From NCBI GenBank assembly GCA_049324475.1, contig JBMOOO010000014.1:6986-70985 (forward strand): 64,000 bases of DNA, written 5' to 3'. This stretch comes from Pseudomonadota bacterium. GTDB taxonomy: Bacteria > Pseudomonadota > Gammaproteobacteria > Pseudomonadales > JADFDG01. Below the pieces are notes generated by a model. The model worked only from the letters and a program-made list of their open reading frames with translations, did not search any database and was not told the origin of the DNA. Numbering within the stretch: the stretch's first letter is position 1; each line of letters begins with the position of its first letter. This document shows positions 9,443-17,802 of the stretch, piece by piece. The position numbers were made by a program, and so were the translations under genes.

Positions 9443-10783
9443 TCAGCGGGCGTCGGCGTCCTGCAGCAGCAGGGGCCGGCGCACCGCCAGCCGGAACCGG
9501 CCACGGCCGGTCTTCTCGATACCCAGCGCGCTGTCGCGCTCGGCCAGCCGCTTCTGCAGCAGGATCAGCCGCGCCTCGAGGTTGTCGTCGACGTCCGGCA
9601 GCCGCAGGGAACGGTCCAGGCGCAGCTCGCGGTTGCTGAATTCGGTGCGCTGTTCCTGCACGTACAGGTTCAGCAGACGCCACAGGATGGCGCCGGCCAC
9701 GCCCTTGATCAGGTAATCCTCGCCGAGGAACACGCTGTCGTTCTGCGCGTAGTGCCGCACCACCAGCGGTGCACCGCTGACCGCCGGCTTCACCGCACCC
9801 GGACGCACGTCGTCGTCCTGGTCGGCGGCATGCTGCAACGCCAGCGCCGCCTCGCCGAGCAGCGCGGCGATCGCCACCAGGGCGTCCTCGTCTTCCCAGC
9901 TGAAACGCTGCGGCTCCGGGCTTTCCACATGCAGCACGCCCAGCAACCGGTTGGCAGCCACGATGGGCACCGCCAGCTGGCTGTGCGGTTCCGGCAGGCC
10001 GGGGAACGGGATCGCGGTTTCCAGCAGGTCATCCATGCCGGCGCCGGCGATGTGCTCGCGGATGGCGCGGCCGTAGGCATATTCGGTGGTCATGTGCGCG
10101 ATGCGGATCGGCGTGCGGTGCTGTGCCGCCACACCGATCACGCCACGGCCGAGCGGAAATTCCGAACCCACGCCCGACTGTGGATAGCCGCGGCTGGCCA
10201 CGGTGTAGAGCCGCCCGGCATCGGCATACAGCACCATGGCGTGACCGATGCCGAGTTCGGCTTCCAGGCCGGACAGCGTGCGCTCCAGCAGCGTGGCCAG
10301 GTCGGTGCTGCCGACGATGCGCGGCACCAGCGCACGCACGGCCGTCATGCGGCTGCGCTGCGTCACCGGTTTCGGCGCCGCTTCCACGCCCGGCACGTGC
10401 TCGACGTCCAGGACCTGGTAGACATCGGAGCCCTGCAGGCGGAACACACCGCTCATGCCGGTGTGCGAGGCGATCGCCGCCAGCTTGGCCTTCATGGTCT
10501 CGAACAGCGCGCCTTCCCCTTCCGTGCGCCGGTACAGCAGCGCCAGCCGGTAGCGGGCCGAGGTTTCCGGATGGATCAGGAACAGGGTGGCCTGCGGGTT
10601 GGCCAGGATGTTCTCGCGCGTCTTGTTGAAGAACTGGAAGGTGAGCGCAACATGGCCGGGATCGACATAGTGCACCTGCGACACATAGGTGACATTGGGC
10701 ACACCGTCGGTGTCGCAGGTGGCCAGCATGGAAGGTACCGCACCTTCGAAGCAGGGCCGGATCGCGTCCAGGCACACTTTCAT
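9443..10783 (-). CDS. PNPOx-like split-barrel + GAF + C-terminal winged-helix-like domain protein (putative one-component regulator)
   Basis: Internal ATG at 10783 (MKVCLDAIRPCFEG) of track ORF 9443-11284, overlapping the upstream gene's stop by 4 nt. The N-terminus is PNPOx-like (VPNVTYVSQVHYVD...FFNKTRENILANPQATLFL). The middle is GAF-like (GHAMVLYAD...GVIGVAAQHRTPIRIAH...LAVPIVAANRLLGVLHVES). The C-terminus (KGVAGAILWRLL...RTEFSNRELRLD...NLEARLILLQKRLAE...IEKTGRGRFRL) resembles OmpR/PhoB-type DNA-binding domains. Confidence 0.65.
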   Translation of the reverse strand: MKVCLDAIRPCFEGAVPSMLATCDTDGVPNVTYVSQVHYVDPGHVALTFQFFNKTRENILANPQATLFLIHPETSARYRLALLYRRTEGEGALFETMKAKLAAIASHTGMSGVFRLQGSDVYQVLDVEHVPGVEAAPKPVTQRSRMTAVRALVPRIVGSTDLATLLERTLSGLEAELGIGHAMVLYADAGRLYTVASRGYPQSGVGSEFPLGRGVIGVAAQHRTPIRIAHMTTEYAYGRAIREHIAGAGMDDLLETAIPFPGLPEPHSQLAVPIVAANRLLGVLHVESPEPQRFSWEDEDALVAIAALLGEAALALQHAADQDDDVRPGAVKPAVSGAPLVVRHYAQNDSVFLGEDYLIKGVAGAILWRLLNLYVQEQRTEFSNRELRLDRSLRLPDVDDNLEARLILLQKRLAERDSALGIEKTGRGRFRLAVRRPLLLQDADAR

Positions 10784-11271
10784 GACGTGCCTCCGATGCG
10801 CGCGCCGGCACCGGGCCCCGGCGTCTGCGCATACACGGCCTCGACCGTGAAAGTGACCGCCACGCACTGCGCGGACGGCGCCACGCCGTGCAGCGCCAGC
10901 GCGAACTCGCGGGCATAGCCCAGCGGGATGATGTCGGCAGCAAAGGCCTGCGCGTGCTGTTCGATCAGTGCGGAATCGGTCGGCTGCAGCGCACCGGTGC
11001 GCGCGTCGCTGCCCTTGATCTGCAGCGTACGGTGCGTGCTGGGCAGGGAAAACACCGCCGCCACCTGACGCGTGGCGGCGATGTCGTTGAGCAGCTGGCG
11101 GGCGCCCTCGGCTTCCAGCAACAGGGTGACTTCGCGGCGATCGGCGGAGACACGGCAGCCGACCGCCTTCATCACCGACGGCACACGGCGGGCGTCGCGC
11201 GAAGACACCGTGATGGACACAGGGCCGCCGAGAAATCCGGCCTGTTCGGCAGTCAGCGGGCTGGCAGTCAT
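10780..11271 (-). CDS. pyridoxamine 5'-phosphate oxidase-like (split beta-barrel flavin/heme-binding family) protein
   Basis: In-frame ATG at 11271 (MTASPLTAEQAGFLGGPVSITVSS). It has a 4-nt ATGA-type overlap with the downstream gene. The pattern of short beta-strands is typical of the PNPOx-like family. Confidence 0.55.
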   Translation of the reverse strand: MTASPLTAEQAGFLGGPVSITVSSRDARRVPSVMKAVGCRVSADRREVTLLLEAEGARQLLNDIAATRQVAAVFSLPSTHRTLQIKGSDARTGALQPTDSALIEQHAQAFAADIIPLGYAREFALALHGVAPSAQCVAVTFTVEAVYAQTPGPGAGARIGGTS

Positions 11272-11346
11272 GCGCGGGCGGCATCCGGACCGGTGCAGGA
11301 AGCGCCTATCCTGCCGCAGGCCACCGCCCGCGGCCAACCGGAACCG

Positions 11347-12918
11347 TCAGACCGGCGGCGGCGCCGGCAGGGTGCCGGGCTGCGCGGCCGGGCGGCGACC
11401 GCCACGCAGATAGATGCCGGACGGCACCGGCGGCCAGATCTCGCTCAGCAGCACCGAACGCGGGCCGCCGGTGACCATGCGCGCATGATGCCGGCGCAGC
11501 TCGCGCGGCTCCGACACACCGCAGGAATGCGCGATCACTTCCACCTCGTGCACGAGATGGCGGTGGAACTGGTAGACCCGTTCGGCCTTTTCCATCGGCA
11601 CCAGTCCGCGCTGCAGGCGTGGATCGTGGGTGGTGATACCGGTGGGGCAGGTGTTCTTGTCGCACTGCATGGCCTGGATGCAGCCCAGCGCGAACATGTA
11701 ACCGCGTGCCGACACGCAGAAATCCGCACCCAGTGTCAGCGCCCAGGCGACCATGTTGGGCGTGATCAGCTTGCCGGCGGCCACCACCCGAACCCGTTCG
11801 CGCAGGCCGTAGCCGCTCAGCAGGTCCACCATCATGGGCAGCGATTCGGCCAGATGCAGGCCGACATCGTCCATCAGCGCCATGGGCGCGGCGCCGGTAC
11901 CGCCGTCGCCACTGTCGATGGAAATGTAATCCGGCGCCGACTCGATGCCGCGGCGATGGATTTCCAGGAAGAAATCGTCCAGCCAGTCGGAAGCGCCGAT
12001 CACCAGCTTGATGCCCACCGGCTTGCCGGTAACCTCGCGCACGCGGGCGATGGCGTCGAGCAGCTCGCCGCTGCTGGCGATGTCCGGATGCCGGTTCGGA
12101 CTGATCGAGGGTTCGCCCGCCGGGATGCCGCGCACGGCGGCGATTTCCGGCGTCACCTTGCCGCCGGGCAGGATGCCGCCCTTGCCCGGCTTGGCGCCCT
12201 GGCTGAGCTTGATCTCGAACATCTTCACCTGCGGATGCGCCGCCACCTCGCGCAGTTTTTCGTCGCTGAGGTTGCCCTGCGCGTCGCGCACGCCGTAGCG
12301 TGCAGTGCCGATCTGGAACACGATGTCGGCGCCGCCTTCCAGATGCCAGGGCGACAGACCGCCCTCGCCGGTGTTCATCCAGCAGCCCGCCTTCGCCGCG
12401 CCCTTCGACAGGGCCAGCACCGCCGGTTTCGACAGCGCGCCGAAACTCATGCCGGAAATGTTGTGCAGCGACTTCGCCAGATAGGGCTGGCGTGCATGCG
12501 GCCCGATCAGCATCGGCTGCGTTTCCGCCTTGCTGGTGTCCAGCGTCGGGTACGGCGCGTTGAGGAAGATCACCCGGCCCGGCGCCAGCATGCTCTTGGT
12601 GGAGCCGAACGGCACCAGCGTGGAGAGATCCTTCGCCGCGCGGTACACCCATGCACGTTGTGCACGATTGAACGGCAGCTCTTCGCGGTCCATCGCAAAG
12701 AAATACTGGCGGAAGAATTCGCCCATCCGCTCGAAGAAATAGCGGAAGCGGCCCAGCAGCGGATAGTTGCGGCGCACCGTGTGCGCCGTCTGGAAGAAAC
12801 GGTCGTACACCCACATGGCGGCCAGCACGAGCACCAGTACCAGCAGGGCTGCGACCAGCGCCAGCAGGGCGACGTCGACCAGCGTTTCCAGCCACCTGTG
12901 CACCTGCGGTGACAGCAT
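11347..12918 (-). CDS. membrane-anchored FMN-binding glutamate synthase-family protein (GltB domain-2-like)
   Basis: Start taken at MLSPQVH (12918). An N-terminal TM helix (LVDVALLALVAALLVLVLVLAAMWV) is followed by glutamate-synthase central-domain motifs: ISGMSFGALS, NTGEGGLSP, KLSQGAKPGKGGILPG, DSGDGGTGAAP and GADFCVSARGYMFALGC. Confidence 0.8.
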   Translation of the reverse strand: MLSPQVHRWLETLVDVALLALVAALLVLVLVLAAMWVYDRFFQTAHTVRRNYPLLGRFRYFFERMGEFFRQYFFAMDREELPFNRAQRAWVYRAAKDLSTLVPFGSTKSMLAPGRVIFLNAPYPTLDTSKAETQPMLIGPHARQPYLAKSLHNISGMSFGALSKPAVLALSKGAAKAGCWMNTGEGGLSPWHLEGGADIVFQIGTARYGVRDAQGNLSDEKLREVAAHPQVKMFEIKLSQGAKPGKGGILPGGKVTPEIAAVRGIPAGEPSISPNRHPDIASSGELLDAIARVREVTGKPVGIKLVIGASDWLDDFFLEIHRRGIESAPDYISIDSGDGGTGAAPMALMDDVGLHLAESLPMMVDLLSGYGLRERVRVVAAGKLITPNMVAWALTLGADFCVSARGYMFALGCIQAMQCDKNTCPTGITTHDPRLQRGLVPMEKAERVYQFHRHLVHEVEVIAHSCGVSEPRELRRHHARMVTGGPRSVLLSEIWPPVPSGIYLRGGRRPAAQPGTLPAPPPV

Positions 12919-13000
12919 GTTGCCTCCCTGCGCATGCCGCCCCGGAACCGGGGCCCTGCGCCGGAGCATACGTCAGGCCGGGCGGACCTGTGCAGCGCCA

Positions 13001-13032
13001 GCGAAAACGCCGCCCGGAGGCGGCGTTTTCGC
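13001..13032 (-). terminator. GC-rich hairpin downstream of the thiolase gene
   Basis: Perfect 14-bp stem with a 4-nt loop: GCGAAAACGCCGCC-CGGA-GGCGGCGTTTTCGC. It lies between the thiolase stop (13099) and the next gene's start (12918). Confidence 0.55.
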
Positions 13033-13098
13033 TATCGGCGGACCGTCCGCAGCGAGGCGTTGCGCGGTGGGCGCGCCTCAGGCGGGCGCCACGGCAAA

Positions 13099-14388
13099 TC
13101 AGCGCTCCAGAATCGCCACCACGCCCTGGCCGCCGGCGGCGCAAACGGAAATCAGGACCCGGCCGGAGCCTTTCGCATCCAGCAGCTTCGCCGCGTTGGC
13201 GACGATGCGGCCGCCGGTGGCGGCAAACGGATGGCCGGCGGCCAGCGAGCTGCCCTTCACGTTCAGCTTGCTGCGGTCGATGCTGCCCAGTGCCTTCGAC
13301 AGGCCCAGACGCTCCTTGCAGAACTTCTCGCTTTCCCAGGCTGCCAGCGTGGCCAGCACCTGCGAGGCGAAAGCTTCGTGGATTTCGTAGTAGTCGAAAT
13401 CCTGCAGGCTCAGGCCATTGCGGGCCAGCATGCGCGGCACGGCATAGACCGGCGCCATCAGCAGGCCTTCCTTGTAGCCGCCACGGCCGGTGAAATCGAC
13501 CGCCGCGGTTTCGGCATCCTTCAGGAACGCCAGCGGTTTCAGGCCTTTCTTGGCAGCCCATTCCTCGCTGGCCAGCAGCACGGCGGACGCGCCGTCGGTG
13601 AGCGGTGTGGAATTGGCGGCGGTCATGGTGCCGTCGGCACCGCCGAACACCGGCTTGAGCGTGGCGAGTTTCTCGATCTTCGAGTCACCGCGCATGTTGT
13701 TGTCTTTTTCCAGACCCTTGAACGGCGTGATCAGGTCTTTCTGCCAGCCGTCGGCATAGCTCTTCGCCAGATTCTGGTGGGAAGCCACGGCCAGTTCGTC
13801 CTGCGCCTGGCGGGCGATGTTCCACTCTTTCGCGGTGATGGCAGCGTGGTCACCCATGGCAAGGCCCGTGCGCGGCTCACCGTTCTTCGGGATGTCCGGC
13901 ATGAACCAGGCAGTGCTCAGCAGGCCGAGCGCCTTCTTCGCCTTGTCGCCGTTGGTTTTCTGCGCGTTGATCACCATCAGCTTGCGGCGCAGCGAGTCAT
14001 TGAGGCCGATCGGCGCGTCGGACGTGGTGTCGACACCGCCGGCGATGGCGGAATCCACCTGGCCCAGCGCAATCTTGTTGCCGACCAGGATGGCGGCCTC
14101 AAGGCCGGTACCGCAGGCCTGCTGCACGTCGTAGGCCGGGGTATGCGGATCCAGCGTGGTGTCGAGCACGGCTTCGCGCACCAGGTTGAAATCACGCGAG
14201 TGCTTCATCACCGCGCCGGCGGCCACTTCGCCCAGGCGCTCGCCCTTGAGCCTGTAGCGGTCGACCAGCCCCTGGATGGCCGCGGCCAGCATTTCCTGGT
14301 TGGAGACGCCGAGGTAGGCACCGTTGGAGCGGGCAAAGGGGATACGGTTGCCGCCGAGGATGGCGACGCGACGGACCTGCTGACTCAT
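13099..14388 (-). CDS. acetyl-CoA C-acyltransferase (thiolase family)
   Basis: 429 aa. The ATG is preceded by GGAGAA. It has a thiolase N-terminus (VAILGGNRIPFARSNGAY), an active-site region (QQACGTGLEAAILVGNKIALG) and a C-terminal end (CAAGGQGVVAILER). Confidence 0.88.
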   Translation of the reverse strand: MSQQVRRVAILGGNRIPFARSNGAYLGVSNQEMLAAAIQGLVDRYRLKGERLGEVAAGAVMKHSRDFNLVREAVLDTTLDPHTPAYDVQQACGTGLEAAILVGNKIALGQVDSAIAGGVDTTSDAPIGLNDSLRRKLMVINAQKTNGDKAKKALGLLSTAWFMPDIPKNGEPRTGLAMGDHAAITAKEWNIARQAQDELAVASHQNLAKSYADGWQKDLITPFKGLEKDNNMRGDSKIEKLATLKPVFGGADGTMTAANSTPLTDGASAVLLASEEWAAKKGLKPLAFLKDAETAAVDFTGRGGYKEGLLMAPVYAVPRMLARNGLSLQDFDYYEIHEAFASQVLATLAAWESEKFCKERLGLSKALGSIDRSKLNVKGSSLAAGHPFAATGGRIVANAAKLLDAKGSGRVLISVCAAGGQGVVAILER

Positions 14389-14629
14389 GGCGGTTCTCCG
14401 GTTGCAGTGCAGAAAGACGGAAATGGATCAGGAGGCGCATCTTACAGGCCGCCGGCCACAACAGATTTGCCGGCGTGACCGGACGCATGTCCGTCGGGTC
14501 AATACGTGACCCCGTAGTCACGACTTATGATGCGCGCCTTCCGGACGCCCGCGCGTCCGTTTCCACGGTTTTGCGATTGCCCCACCGTTGCGCCACCCCT
14601 CGCCCTTTTGCACTGCCGGAGACCCTGCC

Positions 14630-16027
14630 ATGGACCGTTACACCTCGTTCGCCAATTCCGGCTTCGGCCGTTCGCTGCTGTCCTCGCTGGGCATGCCGAC
14701 CCCGACCGCGCTGGAGCGCTTCAATCCGGAACAGACCGGCCTGATCAGCGGTGCCGTGCTGTTCGGTGCCACCGGCGACGGCAGCGTCGCGCGCGCCATC
14801 GGCAACGTGCTGAAAAGCGGCGCCGCGGAAACCTTCGTGTATGCGCAGGGCGGTGAGACTGCCGGCGCAGCCCTCGGCGGCAGTGCGAAAACCTGGGACG
14901 GCACGCAGGAATCGGAACAGAAATTCAAGGGCCTGGTGTTCGATGCCAGCGGCATCCGCAACACCACGGAACTGAAGGCACTGTGGACCTTCTTCCATCC
15001 GGTGGTGAAGAAGATGACCACCAATTCGCGCGTGATCGTGGTCGGCCGCCCGCCGGAACAATGCAGCGACCCGAAAGCCGCCACCGCGCAACGCGCGCTG
15101 GAAGGCCTGACCCGCTCGCTGGGCAAGGAAATCAAGCGCGGCGGCACCACCGCACTGGTCTATGTTGCCGAGGGCGCCGAAGCCAACCTCGACTCCACCC
15201 TGCGCTTCTTCCTGTCGCCGAAATCCGCCTACGTGAGCGCGCAGGTCGTGCGCATCGGCAAGGCCGACACGGTCAGCGTCGACGCCGCGAAACCGCTGGC
15301 GGGCAAGATTGCCCTGGTCACCGGCGCCAGCCGCGGCATCGGCGAAGCCATCGCCGGCGTGCTGGCGCGCGACGGTGCGCACGTGATCTGCCTGGACATC
15401 CCGCAGGCCGGCGCCGAGCTGAAAGCCGTGGCCGACCGCATCGGCGGCTCCACACTCGCCCTGGACATCACCGACCCGGCAGCGCCGGTCACCATCGCCG
15501 ACTTCGTGAAGAAGACGCATGGCGGCCTGGACGTGATCGTGCACAACGCCGGCGTCACCCGCGACAAGATGCTGGGCAACATGCCGGACAAGTTCTGGGA
15601 CATGGTGATCAACATCAACCTGTCGAGCGAAGAGCGCATCAACGATGCCCTGCTGGCCGCCGACGCCATCAAGGCCAACGGCCGCATCGTCTGCGTCAGC
15701 TCCATTTCCGGCATCGCCGGCAACCTGGGCCAGACCAACTATGCCGTCTCCAAGGCCGGCGTGATCGGCATGGTGCAGTCCATGGCGCCGGTGCTGAAGG
15801 CGAAGAACATCACCATCAACGCCGTGGCACCGGGCTTCATCGAAACCCAGATGACCGCCGCCATTCCGTTCACCATCCGCGAAGCCGGCCGCCGCATGAA
15901 CTCCATGAGCCAGGGCGGCCTGCCGCTGGACGTGGCCGAGGCGATCGCCTGGTACAGCAATCCGGCCAGCAACGGCGTCACCGGCCAGGTCGTGCGCGTC
16001 TGTGGCCAGTCGCTCATCGGTGCCTGA
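14630..16027 (+). CDS. 3-oxoacyl-(ACP/CoA) reductase with N-terminal extension (FabG4-like SDR)
   Basis: In-frame ATG at 14630 (MDRYTSFANSGFGRSLL). A non-SDR N-domain of about 200 aa precedes a classical SDR: ALVTGASRGIGEAIA, NNAGVTRD, SSISGIAGNLGQTNYAVSKAG and PGFIET. This architecture is known from mycobacterial FabG4. Confidence 0.8.
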   Translation: MDRYTSFANSGFGRSLLSSLGMPTPTALERFNPEQTGLISGAVLFGATGDGSVARAIGNVLKSGAAETFVYAQGGETAGAALGGSAKTWDGTQESEQKFKGLVFDASGIRNTTELKALWTFFHPVVKKMTTNSRVIVVGRPPEQCSDPKAATAQRALEGLTRSLGKEIKRGGTTALVYVAEGAEANLDSTLRFFLSPKSAYVSAQVVRIGKADTVSVDAAKPLAGKIALVTGASRGIGEAIAGVLARDGAHVICLDIPQAGAELKAVADRIGGSTLALDITDPAAPVTIADFVKKTHGGLDVIVHNAGVTRDKMLGNMPDKFWDMVININLSSEERINDALLAADAIKANGRIVCVSSISGIAGNLGQTNYAVSKAGVIGMVQSMAPVLKAKNITINAVAPGFIETQMTAAIPFTIREAGRRMNSMSQGGLPLDVAEAIAWYSNPASNGVTGQVVRVCGQSLIGA

Positions 16028-16028
16028 C

Positions 16029-16083
16029 CCGGGAAACGCAGCCACATCCGGAAAACGCAACAAATCCGGGAAACGCAACAACG
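16029..16083. repeat. three tandem 18-19-nt direct repeats in the 3' region of the FabG4-like gene
   Basis: CCGGGAAACGCAGCCACAT / CCGGAAAACGCAACAAAT / CCGGGAAACGCAACAACG read directly, beginning 1 nt after the stop codon, followed by CCGGGGG. Confidence 0.85.
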
Positions 16084-16087
16084 CCGG

Positions 16088-16105
16088 GGGCCGCAATCGC
16101 GGCCC
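16088..16105 (+). terminator. hairpin after the tandem repeats
   Basis: GGGCCGC-AATC-GCGGCCC (7-bp stem) followed by TCGTGCTTT. Confidence 0.45.
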
Positions 16106-16156
16106 TCGTGCTTTAATGGCCGCCGAATTCGAAGAACAACGCGCGAGGAACGCCCC

Positions 16157-17188
16157 ATGTCCGCAAAGTCACCCGCCAGATCCACCGCCGAGCGCCTGCT
16201 CGATGCCCACGTGGCCTTCATGATCGCGCAGCTGGAAAAAGAACCGCTGCGGCTGAACATCGAGGAAGAGCTTGACCATGCGCTGGCCGCCGCCGAGAAG
16301 ATCACCCTGAACGAAGCGGTGACCCGCGACCAGATCAAGGACACGGTCAAGACCTATGCCGTCGACCTGGACCTGCACGGTGCCATTCCGGAACTGGTGG
16401 GCGACATTGCCCGCGCCATCTACAAGCACGGAATCCACGACCGCACCTCCCTCAACGATCTGGTCAGCGACAAGCAGTTCAGCGACCTTTTCGACCAGAT
16501 CATGGAAATGAAGGAACTGCGCGAGAAGATCATCAAGCAGTCGATCGGCAACCCGCTGTACGGTGCGCTGGTGTCGGACGTGCTGTACAACGGCATCAAG
16601 GGCTATATCAACGACAACCCGCTGACCAAGAACAGCCAGGTCGCGGCCGGCGCACTGAAGCTCGGCAAGACCCTGCTGTCCAAGGCGTCGCCCGGGCTGG
16701 AGCAGTCGCTGGAAGACGGCATCAAGAAGTACATCTCCTCCAACATCAAGGCTTCCCAGCGCAGCACCGAGAAATTCATCCGGGCACGGCTGGAGGACGA
16801 TTCGGTCAAGGAACGCGCGATCGACCTGTGGGACGAGCACAAGCACCGCAAGGTGGCCGAGTTCCGCGACTGGATTTCCGAACGCGATGTGGAAGAAGGC
16901 TTCGTCGCCGGTTACGAGTACTGGCGGCGCCTGCGCAAGACCGAGTACTACTGGACCATCATCGCCACCGGCATCGATGCTTTTTTCGACAAGTACGGCA
17001 ACAGCTCGCTGCGCGAAATTCTCGACGAGGTCGGCGTGCACCGGGAGATGATGGTGGCCGAGGCGATGCGCTATGCACCGCCGGTCATCACCATGCTGAA
17101 GCAGAAAGGCCTGCTGGAGCCGCGCATCCGCCGGCAGCTGGAGAAGTTCTACCTCTCCGAAGAAGCACGGGGCATCCTCGGCGACTGA
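16157..17188 (+). CDS. hypothetical cytoplasmic helical protein (343 aa)
   Basis: Lys/Glu/Ile-rich, protein-like composition, in contrast to the antisense shadow ORF 16169-17041. No signal peptide or TM segment. I recognise no motif. Confidence 0.7.
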   Translation: MSAKSPARSTAERLLDAHVAFMIAQLEKEPLRLNIEEELDHALAAAEKITLNEAVTRDQIKDTVKTYAVDLDLHGAIPELVGDIARAIYKHGIHDRTSLNDLVSDKQFSDLFDQIMEMKELREKIIKQSIGNPLYGALVSDVLYNGIKGYINDNPLTKNSQVAAGALKLGKTLLSKASPGLEQSLEDGIKKYISSNIKASQRSTEKFIRARLEDDSVKERAIDLWDEHKHRKVAEFRDWISERDVEEGFVAGYEYWRRLRKTEYYWTIIATGIDAFFDKYGNSSLREILDEVGVHREMMVAEAMRYAPPVITMLKQKGLLEPRIRRQLEKFYLSEEARGILGD

Positions 17189-17231
17189 GCCGGGATGGCG
17201 GATCGACGGGGCCGTGCAGCCGCAGCCGCGC

Positions 17232-17789
17232 CTACACCAGACGCAGCCAGGCCAGGCCGAGCCCCACCGCCAGTCCCGCCAGATGCGACTCCCAGGAACT
17301 GCGCGCCGCTGTCGGCAGCGCGCCCCACAGGATGCCTGAATACAGCATCAGCAACCCGATGCTGATCGCGAGATACAGCAACTGCCCGGACAGGAACCCG
17401 TGCAGCGCCAGGAATCCGAACAATCCATAGACAAGCCCGCTGGCACCGATGTGCACCGCACGGCGTGCCAGCAGCCACACCAGCAGGCCACTGCCGAGGG
17501 CAATCGCCAGCACGACCCACCAGAATCCGGACGGAAACAGCTTGCCCAGCAGCAGCGACAGCACGCACAGCGGCAGCAGGTTGGCAAAAAAGTGGCCGAG
17601 GTTCTCGTGCAGCAATGGCGCCAGGAAAATGCCGGGAACCGAATCGGCATCGCGCGGCACGATGCCCAGCGCATTCAGTTTCCGGAAGGTGACCAGGTTG
17701 ATCAGTTCGGCGGCGATCACCGCCAGCACCAGATACAACCCGGGGCCGGCGTGACCGGCGGCCCACTGCAGCTGTTCGGGGACGCTCAC
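17232..17789 (-). CDS. rhomboid-family intramembrane serine protease
   Basis: Motifs LLHENLGHFFANLL (H..H..N), HIGASGLVYGLFG (GxSG) and a distal ESHLAGL His. I prefer the GTG start at 17789, 13 nt after the pyrC stop. The ATG at 17861 would overlap pyrC by 59 nt, so the start is uncertain. Confidence 0.75.
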   Translation of the reverse strand: MSVPEQLQWAAGHAGPGLYLVLAVIAAELINLVTFRKLNALGIVPRDADSVPGIFLAPLLHENLGHFFANLLPLCVLSLLLGKLFPSGFWWVVLAIALGSGLLVWLLARRAVHIGASGLVYGLFGFLALHGFLSGQLLYLAISIGLLMLYSGILWGALPTAARSSWESHLAGLAVGLGLAWLRLV

Positions 17790-17802
17790 CGGCGCCCCGC
17801 GC

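Noticed and set aside
10888-14478. Long ORFs 10888-12912 (+), 11306-13561 (-) and 12934-14478 (+).
   Set aside because: They are antisense or out of frame to the glutamate-synthase-family and thiolase genes, which have strong family signatures. The composition is pathological (R, G, A, H, Q runs).
16029-16083. The tandem repeats as a miniature CRISPR-like array or a CrcZ-like Hfq sponge.
   Set aside because: The units are directly abutting with no spacers, and there are only three copies. None contains a strict AAnAAnAA octamer, and they lie in a 3' UTR before a terminator.
14525-16096. 523-aa minus-strand ORF opposite the FabG4-like gene.
   Set aside because: The SDR motifs (TGASRGIG, YxxxK context) are on the + strand. 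The minus-strand product is a low-complexity shadow.
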